From the sequence record LC727698.1: a DNA stretch of 64,000 nucleotides, one strand, 5' to 3'. The translations under genes were made by a program, and so were the position numbers. Shown piece after piece: positions 19,749 through 29,745 of the stretch. The notes beneath the pieces were generated by a model. That model had not been told where the DNA came from. It ran no database searches and saw only the letters and a list, made by a program, of their open reading frames with translations. Within the stretch, counting starts at the first letter, position 1. Every line of letters begins with the position of its first letter.

Positions 19749-20224
19749 TACATAATATTTTTATTGTAACAAATACCAGAAGTTCTTAGATAATATATAG
19801 CAATTCTGTTTATTATCGATATTGCGGTATACTTAGTATTTCTTATTAACCGTATTACATAGAATAAAGAATGGAAAAAATTTTAACTATTTCACATAAA
19901 ACATTAATATGTGAACTGTCGTTATTAAAATGGTCGAAATCCATAGTTTGTGCATATTCTGGCGAAATAATATGGTATGTTCGGTTGCATAAGAAATGTT
20001 ATGTAGTACAGCTAAGATGATAATGAACTGTATTTTTTCCTATTCGTACTATTTAGAACGCATCGTATGTCATGCAAAAATCTACAAAGGGTTTGTAGTC
20101 AGTAAAAATACTTTTTGTGAGAAATCCGTAATAGCTTTATACTTAATAAATAGTGGTAGTTATTTTCATAAATGTTACGTCGATCATTACTTAATTGTAT
20201 AGATATATATTTTAATAAAAATAG

Positions 20225-20253
20225 TTGACCAAACGCACAAAACAGTATATAAT
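20225..20253 (+). promoter_or_regulatory. Sigma70 promoter upstream of tRNA-Arg
   Basis: TTGACC-N17-TATAAT. Confidence 0.8.
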
Positions 20254-20304
20254 GTTACGCATACAAAGCATTATTACAAAGCTATCATTAGTTGCACAAG
20301 ATAT

Positions 20305-20381
20305 GCGCTCGTAGCTCAGCTGGATAGAGCATCCGCCTTCTAAGCGGATGGTCGGGGGTTCGAATCCCTCCGGGCGCGCCA
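20305..20381 (+). tRNA. tRNA-Arg(TCT)
   Basis: TCCGC-CTTCTAA-GCGGA, CCA. Confidence 0.95.
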
Positions 20382-20402
20382 ATTTTTAAAGAGTGTTGTG
20401 TT

Positions 20403-20636
20403 ATGCAAACAATAAGATTTGACATAAGACTTCTCGATTATAGTAAGAAACAAGGCTTTTGCTGTATAGGTAAAGATATATTCGAAGTGTGCAGAAAAAC
20501 TCGGATCAGTCCAGGACAGTTAAACTTACGAAAAGATTATATAGGACGAGTATTAGTATGGATTGATTCGAACTATAATCTGCACAATACCTGTTTAGTA
20601 GGCTGGACTCGGTATAAAAAATTTATTCATAATTAA
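20403..20636 (+). CDS. Hypothetical protein
   Basis: 77-aa ORF directly after tRNA-Arg. Confidence 0.5.
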   Translation: MQTIRFDIRLLDYSKKQGFCCIGKDIFEVCRKTRISPGQLNLRKDYIGRVLVWIDSNYNLHNTCLVGWTRYKKFIHN

Positions 20637-20640
20637 TAAT

Positions 20641-20883
20641 ATGAATAGATGCAAAGAACATCTACAATACAGAACAATCAAAAAGCATACATTAACTTGT
20701 AGGAAATGCAAAGAGTTATCGTTACAAATAAAATTATTTTGGCTTCAACAACAAGCATTCAGTATTAGAACTGATACTAGCGGAATATACATATTCGATA
20801 ATAAATATAATTCTATTTACGTATACTCTGTGGCTTGGTATAATACAGAATTATACGGTAAAGGGACAATAATTTTAGAATAA
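20641..20883 (+). CDS. Hypothetical protein
   Basis: 80-aa ORF with a CxxC. Confidence 0.4.
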   Translation: MNRCKEHLQYRTIKKHTLTCRKCKELSLQIKLFWLQQQAFSIRTDTSGIYIFDNKYNSIYVYSVAWYNTELYGKGTIILE

Positions 20884-20911
20884 ACATGTATATATAAGAG
20901 TACCTCAATTA

Positions 20912-21244
20912 ATGAATAATTATTCTAATGATACAGATATTCTAAAATGGATAAAGCGTAACAATAGAAAAAATGCACGTCTAATTTCATATATAGACGG
21001 AATATATAATATTGTTTATTTCGATGGCGGAAAAGCAAGAGTTGGCATAGTAAAAGACAATATGCACTGCAGATACGGAATACATAGTCGTGGATCTATG
21101 TATTCGAAAGATATAATGAGCCTGTGGCAATCTAGTACAGGTTCGTGTTCGCCTGATGATGTAAAGATTATGCAAGATTATCTAGACGATAAATGTATGC
21201 TTCCGGAATTTGATTTTTCTCAGATTAAAAATTTAAAATGGTAA
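20912..21244 (+). CDS. Hypothetical protein
   Basis: 110-aa ORF with normal protein-like composition. Confidence 0.6.
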   Translation: MNNYSNDTDILKWIKRNNRKNARLISYIDGIYNIVYFDGGKARVGIVKDNMHCRYGIHSRGSMYSKDIMSLWQSSTGSCSPDDVKIMQDYLDDKCMLPEFDFSQIKNLKW

Positions 21245-21267
21245 ATAATATAACAATATAGTTTTAT

Positions 21268-21344
21268 CGCAGGGTATGCAAGAGGTCTAAGCAGAAAGGC
21301 TCATAACCTTTTTATCGTGGGTTCGAATCCCACCCCTGCAACCA
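21268..21344 (+). tRNA. tRNA-fMet(CAT) (initiator-like)
   Basis: C1:A72 mismatch, CGCAGGG/CCCTGCA-A-CCA ends like bacterial fMet; anticodon stem AAAGG/CCTTT has only two of the three G-C pairs. Confidence 0.8.
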
Positions 21345-21353
21345 GTTTTATAT

Positions 21354-21430
21354 CTAGGCATAGCTCAAGTAGGTAGAGCACTTGCTTTGGGAGCAAGAGG
21401 TTGGGGATTCGAGGTCTCCTGCCTAGACCA
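21354..21430 (+). tRNA. tRNA-Pro(TGG)
   Basis: CTTGC-TTTGGGA-GCAAG, CCA. Confidence 0.9.
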
Positions 21431-21439
21431 ATTTACTAT

Positions 21440-21512
21440 GCAGTCCTAGCTCAATTGGTAGAGCACTGTCCTTCCAAGTCAGATGTTACGGGTTCGAGTC
21501 CCGTGGGCTGCT
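21440..21512 (+). tRNA. tRNA-Gly(TCC), CCA not encoded
   Basis: CTGTC-CTTCCAA-GTCAG, U73; followed by CAA. Confidence 0.9.
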
Positions 21513-22269
21513 CAATATTCTAATATAATTGATTAGTATATCTAATCGATGGTTAGTGTAGTGGATGCATATGGAAATATAGAAGTATTAGTTATGCCAT
21601 CTAACATAACGGTACTAGAATTACAGGCATATACAACAGAGCTATTGTATGTAAGAAAATCTCATTGTTTATGTTTATACCTTCCTGATATAGGAAATTA
21701 TGCTTTATGGTTTTTTTAGACAGATAGGATAAAAATATAAATTGATATTATTCTGTTTAAGGAACTAGAATTAAATGGCAGGTTGCTTATTTAGACTAGA
21801 TTTGTCTATTTTTCGTGAAAATGTATATAGTATTTCTAGTTTGTCTTATACAAAATCTATATGCATTTCAATAAAAACTAAACCGACAAGCAATAGAAAA
21901 CAATTAGAAATATATGTTGTAGATAAAACAACTGATTTTTTAGTTGCATGCAAGTATTTTTAGCTTATCTATTTTGACTTGCCTTTAAAATAAATAACCA
22001 TTATATATTTGATATAACAACTATTCTAAATAGAAATAAAACCATAAATACACATAATAACGGTGTGGATTTATGGAAAACATATTTAGGATATCTATTA
22101 ATGCTAACGAAGGTATTATACGAATATCCCCTACTTACTTTTTTAATGGTGTTTTTTATTCAAAGCATTTGAATATTTTTATAATAGATCCCGACGGATA
22201 TCTAATAAGAAAAATATATACTTGTAGTACATTCTTATGATGATTTCTTTTAAATATACAAAATAACAT

Positions 22270-22298
22270 TTGACAAAAGTATAATTATTTCGTATAAT
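22270..22298 (+). promoter_or_regulatory. Consensus sigma70 promoter
   Basis: TTGACA-N17-TATAAT upstream of ORF 22330 and the Ser tRNAs. Confidence 0.85.
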
Positions 22299-22329
22299 AA
22301 GTGTATAAAATAACAAAAGAGAATTTTAA

Positions 22330-22689
22330 ATGATTTCCAAAATTCAAATTGTATACGGAATATATCTTCCTACTGCCGATGCAAAAATTATATACGAAGA
22401 CTCAGAATACGAATCTAATAAAATAAATAAAAATATTAGATTATTTGCAAATGATGATTATTTAGAAGATAAGATTTTAGAAAATAAGGAATTCGAAGAT
22501 AATCCCTATGTTCCGCACTTTTATGGTATCTTTTGTAAAGAATTCGATAATGACCAAAGTGCATACTTATATAATGTTCCTAAATCTTTTATAGATGAAT
22601 ATAATAATGTAGCTCCAGCTATTTTAGCTAGACTCGGTTATTTATATAGAGTTGCAGGAAAACAACCTTGTAGAATAATTTACGAATAG
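22330..22689 (+). CDS. Hypothetical acidic protein
   Basis: 119-aa ORF between promoter and tRNA-Ser. Confidence 0.65.
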   Translation: MISKIQIVYGIYLPTADAKIIYEDSEYESNKINKNIRLFANDDYLEDKILENKEFEDNPYVPHFYGIFCKEFDNDQSAYLYNVPKSFIDEYNNVAPAILARLGYLYRVAGKQPCRIIYE

Positions 22690-22703
22690 AATTAACTAGT
22701 TTT

Positions 22704-22793
22704 GGAGAGGTGATAGAGTCTGGTTTATTATACTAGTCTTGAAAACTAGCGGATCGAAAGGTCCCGTGGGTTCGAATCCCACCCTCTCCGCCA
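22704..22793 (+). tRNA. tRNA-Ser(TGA)
   Basis: Long variable arm, CTAGT-CTTGAAA-ACTAG, G73, CCA. Confidence 0.95.
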
Positions 22794-22798
22794 AATAT

Positions 22799-22888
22799 AG
22801 ATACTTGACCGAGTGGCTTAAGGTGCTTCCCTGCTAAGGAAGTGAGTTTGAAAAAGCTCCGTAGGTTCGAATCCTACAGTATCTGCCA
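22799..22888 (+). tRNA. tRNA-Ser(GCT)
   Basis: Long variable arm, CTTCC-CTGCTAA-GGAAG, G73, CCA. Confidence 0.95.
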
Positions 22889-22894
22889 ACACAC

Positions 22895-22919
22895 AAGCGG
22901 AACAATTGTTCCGCTTTTT
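22895..22919 (+). terminator. Terminator after Ser tRNAs
   Basis: Palindrome AAGCGGAACAATTGTTCCGCTT plus T-tract. Confidence 0.8.
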
Positions 22920-23224
22920 ATTAACCTAATAAATGTTGTTTTATAATGAGTAACATTATAAAACATATCTTTCGAAATTTCTAAAATAATTTGCAATAAT
23001 ATTTGTTTTAGTTATTATATAGAAAAAGATTACTAGACAAAGTATTATTGCAGATGTCAAATGCAATCAACTAATATTATTATCTAATTTAGCAAAATCA
23101 GAAAATACTCATTTAAATCAGTATAGTATTACATTCTGGTATTTTCCATTAAAACAATAAATTTACAATTTTATTAATACACCGAGTATAGTATATTAAA
23201 TATAAATCACACGAGGTCACAGTT

Positions 23225-23440
23225 ATGAACAAACATTTCGATATAATTGCCGAACTCGAATATCCTACTTATACTGTACAAGTAAGGAAATATCGCGACG
23301 ATGGTAGATATGAGGTTGGCCAACAACCTAACGAGGGCGAGTATGTTGCACGCCACGAAAATTGCACTGCCGACGACGCAATCCGCGTACTATCTCACTA
23401 CTGCACAGCAGCCCTTTATAAAATAAAGAAACAATACTAA
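23225..23440 (+). CDS. Hypothetical protein
   Basis: GAGG RBS, 71 aa, moderately GC-rich codons. Confidence 0.7.
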   Translation: MNKHFDIIAELEYPTYTVQVRKYRDDGRYEVGQQPNEGEYVARHENCTADDAIRVLSHYCTAALYKIKKQY

Positions 23441-23444
23441 TTAA

Positions 23445-23663
23445 ATGAGAATATTTGTTATGTGTACAGATGCCGGTCCTTCGCCGGCATTTTGGCAAGA
23501 ACCAAACTGTGGAATAACCTATGACACTAAAGATGCGTATGGCGATTTCAGTGTTAATGACATATTCAATGTATTAGTAAACAAAGTAAACATAGTGTTA
23601 TGTGCGAATGTGTCCAACTACGAGATATTAAGCTATTCTAGGTTCTTAAAATCATGCACATAA
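23445..23663 (+). CDS. Hypothetical protein
   Basis: 72-aa ORF in operon. Confidence 0.5.
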   Translation: MRIFVMCTDAGPSPAFWQEPNCGITYDTKDAYGDFSVNDIFNVLVNKVNIVLCANVSNYEILSYSRFLKSCT

Positions 23664-23917
23664 TTAAACTATGTTCCATGTATCAATATCTCGAAATCAT
23701 CATAGAAAATCTGCAGGACAAAACAACATCAATTATAATTAGATTCGAAGTACCGACAGAGTATGGTAGTATTTCATCTTTCATATTTCATTTTAAAATA
23801 CATAAGAAAACAACTAAAATAACTAATAATCTAAATGATTATTCTATTAGAATAAATTATTTACATAACAGTTATATCAGATGGATTAATAACCCAAGAA
23901 TGAAACTTTATAAATGA
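23654..23917 (+). CDS. Hypothetical protein
   Basis: 87-aa ORF; MHIIKLCS start resembles the array family. Confidence 0.4.
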   Translation: MHIIKLCSMYQYLEIIIENLQDKTTSIIIRFEVPTEYGSISSFIFHFKIHKKTTKITNNLNDYSIRINYLHNSYIRWINNPRMKLYK

Positions 23918-24074
23918 TAAACATATTTAAAATACAGATGCACTTAGCACATATGATATATTATCATTTATCTATATATACTATAGATTCATCGTCATCA
24001 CCCATCGTTTTTATTAATTTAAATAATCCTAAACCCATATGGAACAGTCATTATGAAATTAAAGAGTATAATGA

Positions 24075-24425
24075 ATGAACTTTGAGTATGTATTTAAATT
24101 AATCAATCTACTAAAAGTTTCTAGTTCGATAGAATGTATTTCGTTATCTAAATTTTATAACGACTATGGCGTATATATAGAATACAAAAATAATAAAAAA
24201 CTGCATCGCTTGTTAGACCATAACATTACTAGCCCAATCAACATTATAGAAGAAGAACTAGAACGCATAATTAGAATTTCTGCATCTAATGTGAAAATAT
24301 CACCAGTGTACAATCGTGCTACCCAGAAAGAAATATTAAATATGTGGATAAATTATACATTAATTTGGCGAAGAACATTTTATTCTAGTGCATATACAAT
24401 GCAACCGTATTTGAAGGTAAAATAA
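24075..24425 (+). CDS. Hypothetical protein (array-like N-terminus)
   Basis: MNFEYVFKLI... and IIRISASNVKI units. Confidence 0.45.
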   Translation: MNFEYVFKLINLLKVSSSIECISLSKFYNDYGVYIEYKNNKKLHRLLDHNITSPINIIEEELERIIRISASNVKISPVYNRATQKEILNMWINYTLIWRRTFYSSAYTMQPYLKVK

Positions 24426-24605
24426 ATGACAATAGACGAATTTCTAGAACAATTAGACTGTGCATGTACTGATGGCAATTGCATATTTCGCCCATCGCAT
24501 CGGAAAGGAATGGTAACTAACGGCGGTTGTAAGTGTCTGTCAGACAGAAATAAACACACTAATGTACTGAGGTATATTAATTTCTTAAAATCTAAAATAA
24601 AATGA
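24426..24605 (+). CDS. Small Cys-rich protein (59 aa, missed by ORF track)
   Basis: MTIDEFLEQLDCACTDGNCIF...GMVTNGGCKCLS (hand translation); the GMxTNGGCxC motif recurs in phages (recall). Confidence 0.6.
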   Translation: MTIDEFLEQLDCACTDGNCIFRPSHRKGMVTNGGCKCLSDRNKHTNVLRYINFLKSKIK

Positions 24606-24820
24606 TAGATTACATCTTTAAATTAAGTTCCTATTGTTTAATTTTTATAGATTCATCACGCCATTATGGTGTACACTACGATCTGGCAGAATATTTTTCA
24701 GACGGTTCTATATGGTATAAATGGTCTTACGAGACTACTTCGCACAACGATACTCAGTATAATAAAGGAAAATACACAAAAAGTTTTATATACTTAATGG
24801 AAGGAAAATATTCAGCATGA
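24602..24820 (+). CDS. Hypothetical protein (array-like N-terminus)
   Basis: MIDYIFKLSSYC, similar to MIDWVFKLSASC at 43547. Confidence 0.45.
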   Translation: MIDYIFKLSSYCLIFIDSSRHYGVHYDLAEYFSDGSIWYKWSYETTSHNDTQYNKGKYTKSFIYLMEGKYSA

Positions 24821-25335
24821 AAGGGTATGATTTAATTAAAGAATATTATGGTACCCGGGTTGCTAAACGTTCCGGGATTCCGTTAATGAACCATATAGAT
24901 GAAGGTCTAAAAATTTTAGATACAATAAATTCTTCATACGAAGTAAAAGAAGCATTTTGTTTACATCCTTTGCTCCAAAATAACGAAGAATTTGAAAATA
25001 ACTATGATTTAGTAGTAAGCACAGGCGGTCTGGTAACAAAAAGTATTCTTCTTGCAATGGAATATAGACATAAAGCAAATACATATTTGTGTAAAAAAGA
25101 AACAGATCATTGGACAGTTGAATATGCATCTAAAAAAATAGGTCATATTATTCATCCTGTAAAAGAAATGCTAATAGCAGATAAGGTTCAAAATTTCAAA
25201 GATTTTAAAATATATCATAAAGACACCCACAAAAGATCTCATCAGTTATCTAAATATTTTAAAAATTGGTTAACAATCTTAGAAATATCCGACGTCGACG
25301 CTAAAGATTTAGAACAAGTGTGTTATAAAGATTAA
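24817..25335 (+). CDS. HD-domain-like putative phosphohydrolase
   Basis: RSGIPLMNH...AFCLHP...MLIADKVQN pattern parallels RelA/SpoT-Mesh1 hydrolase motifs (RxSGxPYxxH, LHD, KLADRxxN); the HD Asp is replaced by Pro. Confidence 0.5.
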   Translation: MKGYDLIKEYYGTRVAKRSGIPLMNHIDEGLKILDTINSSYEVKEAFCLHPLLQNNEEFENNYDLVVSTGGLVTKSILLAMEYRHKANTYLCKKETDHWTVEYASKKIGHIIHPVKEMLIADKVQNFKDFKIYHKDTHKRSHQLSKYFKNWLTILEISDVDAKDLEQVCYKD

Positions 25336-25363
25336 CACGCATTAGATTTATAAATGCAATGCC

Positions 25364-25371
25364 ACTAAATA
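25364..25371 (+). promoter_or_regulatory. T4-like late promoter
   Basis: ACTAAATA, identical to 13451-13458, 26 nt upstream of the SGNH gene. Confidence 0.5.
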
Positions 25372-25396
25372 TCTTTAATTATGTAGGAGATATATT

Positions 25397-26035
25397 ATGT
25401 GGCAACAGCGTTGGGCATTAGTTGGAGACTCTATCCAGGCATGGGTATTAGAAAATAGTAATAGTGGTATTATTCCGAGGGCAGATAAACTCACTGCATC
25501 TATGATACCGTTTAAAGTAAACGCATCTATACAGAACGTGTCTGTCCCGGGTATGCGTTTAGCAAAAGGAACTGATCCTAGTGATCCGTTTGATATTACT
25601 TCATTAAGCAAATTACATGGATTTTTCGGGTTAAACGGAGTTGTGTGTACATTAGGTACAAACGACTACGGAAGTCCATACGTAACTACAGTCGATTATT
25701 TTTATGCTTTAACTGATTTTTTGAATGCAGCAATATCGTTAACTATACCTGTTGTAATTGTTTCGCCTATATGGCGACAAGATAAGGATACATCTGTATT
25801 AAAATACGACGGAACGACTAATGTACTTGCAGATTTTCAAAATACAGCACAATGGGTTACTTCACTTGTTTCTGCTAATAATAGTAATGTCTATTTTATA
25901 GATGGGAAACAAGCACCTGTCCAAAATGCAACATATTTTGGCGATGGATTGCATTTAAATGCTGCCGGTCATGCTAAATTTTGCACATGGTTAGTAAATG
26001 AAATGAAATCCAAAAATCTTTGGCAACAATATTAA
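25397..26035 (+). CDS. SGNH/GDSL-family esterase
   Basis: Block I LVGDS, block II NVSVPG, block III LGTND, block V DGLHLN. Confidence 0.9.
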   Translation: MWQQRWALVGDSIQAWVLENSNSGIIPRADKLTASMIPFKVNASIQNVSVPGMRLAKGTDPSDPFDITSLSKLHGFFGLNGVVCTLGTNDYGSPYVTTVDYFYALTDFLNAAISLTIPVVIVSPIWRQDKDTSVLKYDGTTNVLADFQNTAQWVTSLVSANNSNVYFIDGKQAPVQNATYFGDGLHLNAAGHAKFCTWLVNEMKSKNLWQQY

Positions 26036-26071
26036 TAAAACATTGCCCGCATTAGCGGGCAATGTTTTATT
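26034..26071. terminator. Terminator
   Basis: 17-bp perfect stem AATAAAACATTGCCCGC-ATTA-GCGGGCAATGTTTTATT. Confidence 0.85.
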
Positions 26072-26141
26072 GTATTTTTATTTTTCTTATGCTATTATAC
26101 AAATAATAAATAATGGACGTTTAATAACAAGGAAATGTTTT

Positions 26142-26372
26142 ATGAGTTCAGAATTTGATATAGATGACAGCGGACTTGCTGAAACCCACGAACAAATTGT
26201 AGAAAAAGCTGTAAGTAAAATACGAAAAGAAATGGCAAGAAATTCTGGCTATACCGAATGTATAGATTGCGGAGAAGAAATAGGAGAAGAAAGAAAACGT
26301 ATACTGCCAAGCGCAACAAAATGTGTGGAATGCCAGTCGTTGTTTGATCTGAGAAATAAGTTATACAAATGA
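26142..26372 (+). CDS. TraR/DksA C4-type zinc-finger protein
   Basis: ECIDCGEEIGEERKRILPSATKCVECQ; acidic N-terminal FDIDD; start moved to ATG 26142. Confidence 0.85.
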   Translation: MSSEFDIDDSGLAETHEQIVEKAVSKIRKEMARNSGYTECIDCGEEIGEERKRILPSATKCVECQSLFDLRNKLYK

Positions 26373-27196
26373 ATCTATCATTATTATGTAAATTATCTAG
26401 AGTAGTTAGAAATAGTACAATCGTTGTTGTTTCTATTAAATATTCTAATTTTTTTATTTCCATTTTTAATAAAATATATAGTTTAATAAGAATTGATATT
26501 GCTTCTAATTTAGTTACATGTTGCTTATCACCGACTGTTATAAACCTATTATCGTTTTGTATAGAAGAAAGAAATGAAAATAAATCTAAAAAAGATAATA
26601 ACACTAAACAAACTTAGTTGAACATTATAAGATTATATTTAGAAAACAAATATAACCCGAATGTCTCTGAATTACATTATAACGTATTAATAGATATAAT
26701 ATATTAAGAATCTAAGCAATAAATATTTGCATATAAGAAGGATTCTAATATGTCATATAATCCAAATTTCAATACCTCTATTATAGGATTATCGTATAAT
26801 TCTATAAAATTACATATAGTAGAACATGTACAAAAAGACATAAAAGGTAATACAGTTTACATTATATCATTTGTAAATGATTTTGGATTTATTTTTGCTA
26901 AGGTAAAAACTAAATATGATCCTAAAACTGTCTTATAATGCACGCCAAATATGCATAGAACCAAGTACCATATATACATGTGTATGGGTCCGGGGAGAAA
27001 AAGGGATAGTTTTGTATAGACGTATGATTTATGATACAAAATCGATGAGTATAGGTAATTATGATTATACAACTTATATTTCGCACGAAATAGGAGGCCT
27101 AGGCTGGACCAGTTATAAGAATTTAAAAAAATGCTAGATTTCGTTGCTGTAAAACAGTATACTAAACACTCAACACATTAACTAGCAGAGGTAAAC

Positions 27197-27346
27197 GTGG
27201 ATAATATCAAATCGTGCAAATGCGCACATGATTTCCAGGACAGTGTGTACGGCAAAGGTAATCGTGTGCATAACGTGTTTACTAAGGGCTATCGTTGCAC
27301 TGTTTGCGGTAAAGAAATTATTACTTCTTCCACCGGCAAGAAGTAA
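27197..27346 (+). CDS. Small zinc-ribbon-like protein (49 aa, missed by ORF track)
   Basis: GAGG RBS plus GTG; CKC.HDFQDSVYGKGNRVHN...YRCTVCG; promoter TAGATT-N17-TATACT at 27135-27163 and terminator downstream. Confidence 0.75.
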   Translation: MDNIKSCKCAHDFQDSVYGKGNRVHNVFTKGYRCTVCGKEIITSSTGKK

Positions 27347-27351
27347 AATAT

Positions 27352-27378
27352 AAAAAAGGGCACACTGTGCCCTTTTTT
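27352..27378 (+). terminator. Terminator
   Basis: AAAAAAGGGCAC-ACT-GTGCCCTTTTTT. Confidence 0.8.
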
Positions 27379-27468
27379 AATAGTAAGAAACAAAGTAAGT
27401 CATGCATTCAACTATCTATAATATACACTGTGCATTCTAATACACAGTGTATTGTTGCGAGTAATTAA

Positions 27469-27690
27469 ATGTCAACAACGCCTAGGGGAAAGAAAACTAA
27501 AATAACATGCAATAATATAGAATGTAATAATGTATTCGAAGTAAGAATTGCCGATGTTAAAAGAGGTTGGGGACTATATTGTTCTAAGTCTTGTAAACAA
27601 ACTGCACAAGAGCAGCAACGGCAAATGATAAAAAAATTATCCGGAGAACATTTGTTACCGAAGAATAAACGAAGGAAAAAGTATTGGTAA
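27469..27690 (+). CDS. TRASH/MYM-like zinc-finger protein
   Basis: CNNIEC...F.VRIADVKRGWGLYCSKSC. Confidence 0.7.
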   Translation: MSTTPRGKKTKITCNNIECNNVFEVRIADVKRGWGLYCSKSCKQTAQEQQRQMIKKLSGEHLLPKNKRRKKYW

Positions 27691-27864
27691 GAGGTATAGT
27701 ATGAGTTTAATACTAAACTATTCAATTTGTGCAAATACTACAACCATAACTTTTTATATTTTCGGATTAAACATTAAAAAGGCATGGGTATACGTTACAA
27801 AGTCAGATAAGTATGGTAGGTATTTGTACGTATCTCAAGACGGATGTATGGGTGTCTTTCCTGA

Positions 27865-28161
27865 ATGGCAAATATAATTAAAATGAAACCGATATTGTAT
27901 TATGTAGGTGATAATCCCGAAGGGGCATTTTTGTGCGAAATTTATGGCAAGGAATACCCATTTATCAATAATGAAACTAGATTTATTAAAGTTAATTCTA
28001 TTTTTTATATATCTTTTATATCTGTTAAGTATACATATATAAAATTTCTAGTTAGATATAGATTTGTTGTATGGAGGTTATACGACACTGACATTTATAT
28101 TTCCTTTAGTAGAGCTATGACATCTGTTGAGCGAGAAATTAATAAAATAAGAGGAATTTAA
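27865..28161 (+). CDS. Hypothetical protein
   Basis: 98-aa ORF. Confidence 0.4.
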   Translation: MANIIKMKPILYYVGDNPEGAFLCEIYGKEYPFINNETRFIKVNSIFYISFISVKYTYIKFLVRYRFVVWRLYDTDIYISFSRAMTSVEREINKIRGI

Positions 28162-28204
28162 AAAATGCGTTATTTTGCACGTTTGCATTATGCTATACGC
28201 AAGT

Positions 28205-28233
28205 TTGCAATAACGTGCAAACGCATGTATAAC
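28205..28233 (+). promoter_or_regulatory. Sigma70-type promoter in GA/GG-free island upstream of tilS
   Basis: TTGCAA-N17-TATAAC. Confidence 0.5.
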
Positions 28234-28466
28234 GCTAATACAGCTAACAATACAGTGCATAAAAACATGTACAGCATACTAGCGTTACAACGCATATCGT
28301 TGAACTATAAATGTATATATATCTGGAGCAATATGGTATTCTTGTCAGTTACTACTGATGATACCTTAACTACATATCATATATATAGAAAAAGTTTAAG
28401 AACTGGTTTAGAATCGTGTAATTTTTCTTATGTACTTGGATTAGTTATGAAGGAAGGATATTAGGT

Positions 28467-29078
28467 TTGATTAAGTTAGTAAAACCCATTGCATATTATG
28501 GACAGAAATTTGGTATCGCTGTTTCGGGCGGTATTGATTCTATGGTTGCATTGTCCTTCTTAAAGAAATATCCACAAAATAACTTCGATGTCTTTCATGT
28601 AAACCACGGATCGGAGTATGATATCAAAGCAGAGCAATTTGTGAGAGATTATTGTAGCGACAATAAAATAAATTGCCATGTATACTGCATTAACACAAAA
28701 AAACCAAAAGGTTGTAGTTGGGAAGAACATTGGCGAAACGAACGATATAAATTTCTGCACTCTCATGAATTAGAAATCATGACTGCACATACACTAGACG
28801 ACAATGTAGAGACGTGGTTGTTTTATAGTATGCACGGTTCGCCACGTATCATTCCGTATCGGAAAAAAAATGTCATTCGACCGTTTATGCTTACTACAAA
28901 AAATGAATTTAAAAAATATGCGAAAAGTAATGGCGTACAATGGTTAGAAGATCCTAGTAACCGAGACACTAATTTTAATAGAAATCAAATTCGACATAAT
29001 ATAATTCCTCAAGCACTTAAAGTAAATCCAGGATTGTTTAAAGTGATTGCAAAAAAAGTAAGAGAAGAGAATGGCTAA
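28467..29078 (+). CDS. tilS: tRNA(Ile2)-lysidine synthetase, catalytic PP-loop domain only
   Basis: AVSGGIDS (PP loop), HVNHG, RNERY, TAHTLDDNVET, IRPF, EDPSN, RNQIRH; 203 aa, lacks the C-terminal domains. Confidence 0.9.
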   Translation: MIKLVKPIAYYGQKFGIAVSGGIDSMVALSFLKKYPQNNFDVFHVNHGSEYDIKAEQFVRDYCSDNKINCHVYCINTKKPKGCSWEEHWRNERYKFLHSHELEIMTAHTLDDNVETWLFYSMHGSPRIIPYRKKNVIRPFMLTTKNEFKKYAKSNGVQWLEDPSNRDTNFNRNQIRHNIIPQALKVNPGLFKVIAKKVREENG

Positions 29079-29186
29079 ACACTCACTTCTAACAATGTTT
29101 GTTATTTCTATTCAAGCAAGGAATTATCATATAATACCGTATGTCGGTGTTAAACATAAACTTGTGTTTATTTTATCTAGTAGCAA

Positions 29187-29534
29187 ATGAATACTATAAT
29201 AACGCTAAGTGCTTTGCAGGAAACAATACAACCAGAGGACCGGTCATACCGCTATAATTTTATTATCAAAGATAGACGTGGTAATAATATATTTTATTGT
29301 GTAGAAATTGAAAATTCATTACAGTCGTGGTTTGTAGACTATACATATAACAATAGTTTGATATACTTAGATATATTTAAGATTCAGCTATTAACACAAA
29401 AAATATCATCTTATATTTTTAACAGAATAACAGTAGTATTGTCAGACAGTAACTCAAGTACAATTTTATACAATGAAATAGCAAATGATAGTATTAGTAG
29501 TAAAAATTATTCATCTAAAATAGTATTAGCATAA
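29187..29534 (+). CDS. Small paralog-array protein (divergent)
   Basis: MNTIITLSALQETI and IVLSDSNSSTI. Confidence 0.45.
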   Translation: MNTIITLSALQETIQPEDRSYRYNFIIKDRRGNNIFYCVEIENSLQSWFVDYTYNNSLIYLDIFKIQLLTQKISSYIFNRITVVLSDSNSSTILYNEIANDSISSKNYSSKIVLA

Positions 29535-29745
29535 ATGAATGTATTTCGGTATAAGACCATAACGCACTATTTGCATTAAATTCCAAACTAAAAATGTAAC
29601 TTCTTTATGTATATTCTTATTATTGCAATTCTAGTAAAATCTGTACAACTATTACTGAGTTAGATGTACAGGACAAAGAACCATAAAATGCTTGACTATC
29701 CATTCGTGTTAGGTTAATTTAACAAAATTATATAAGGTATTTTAA

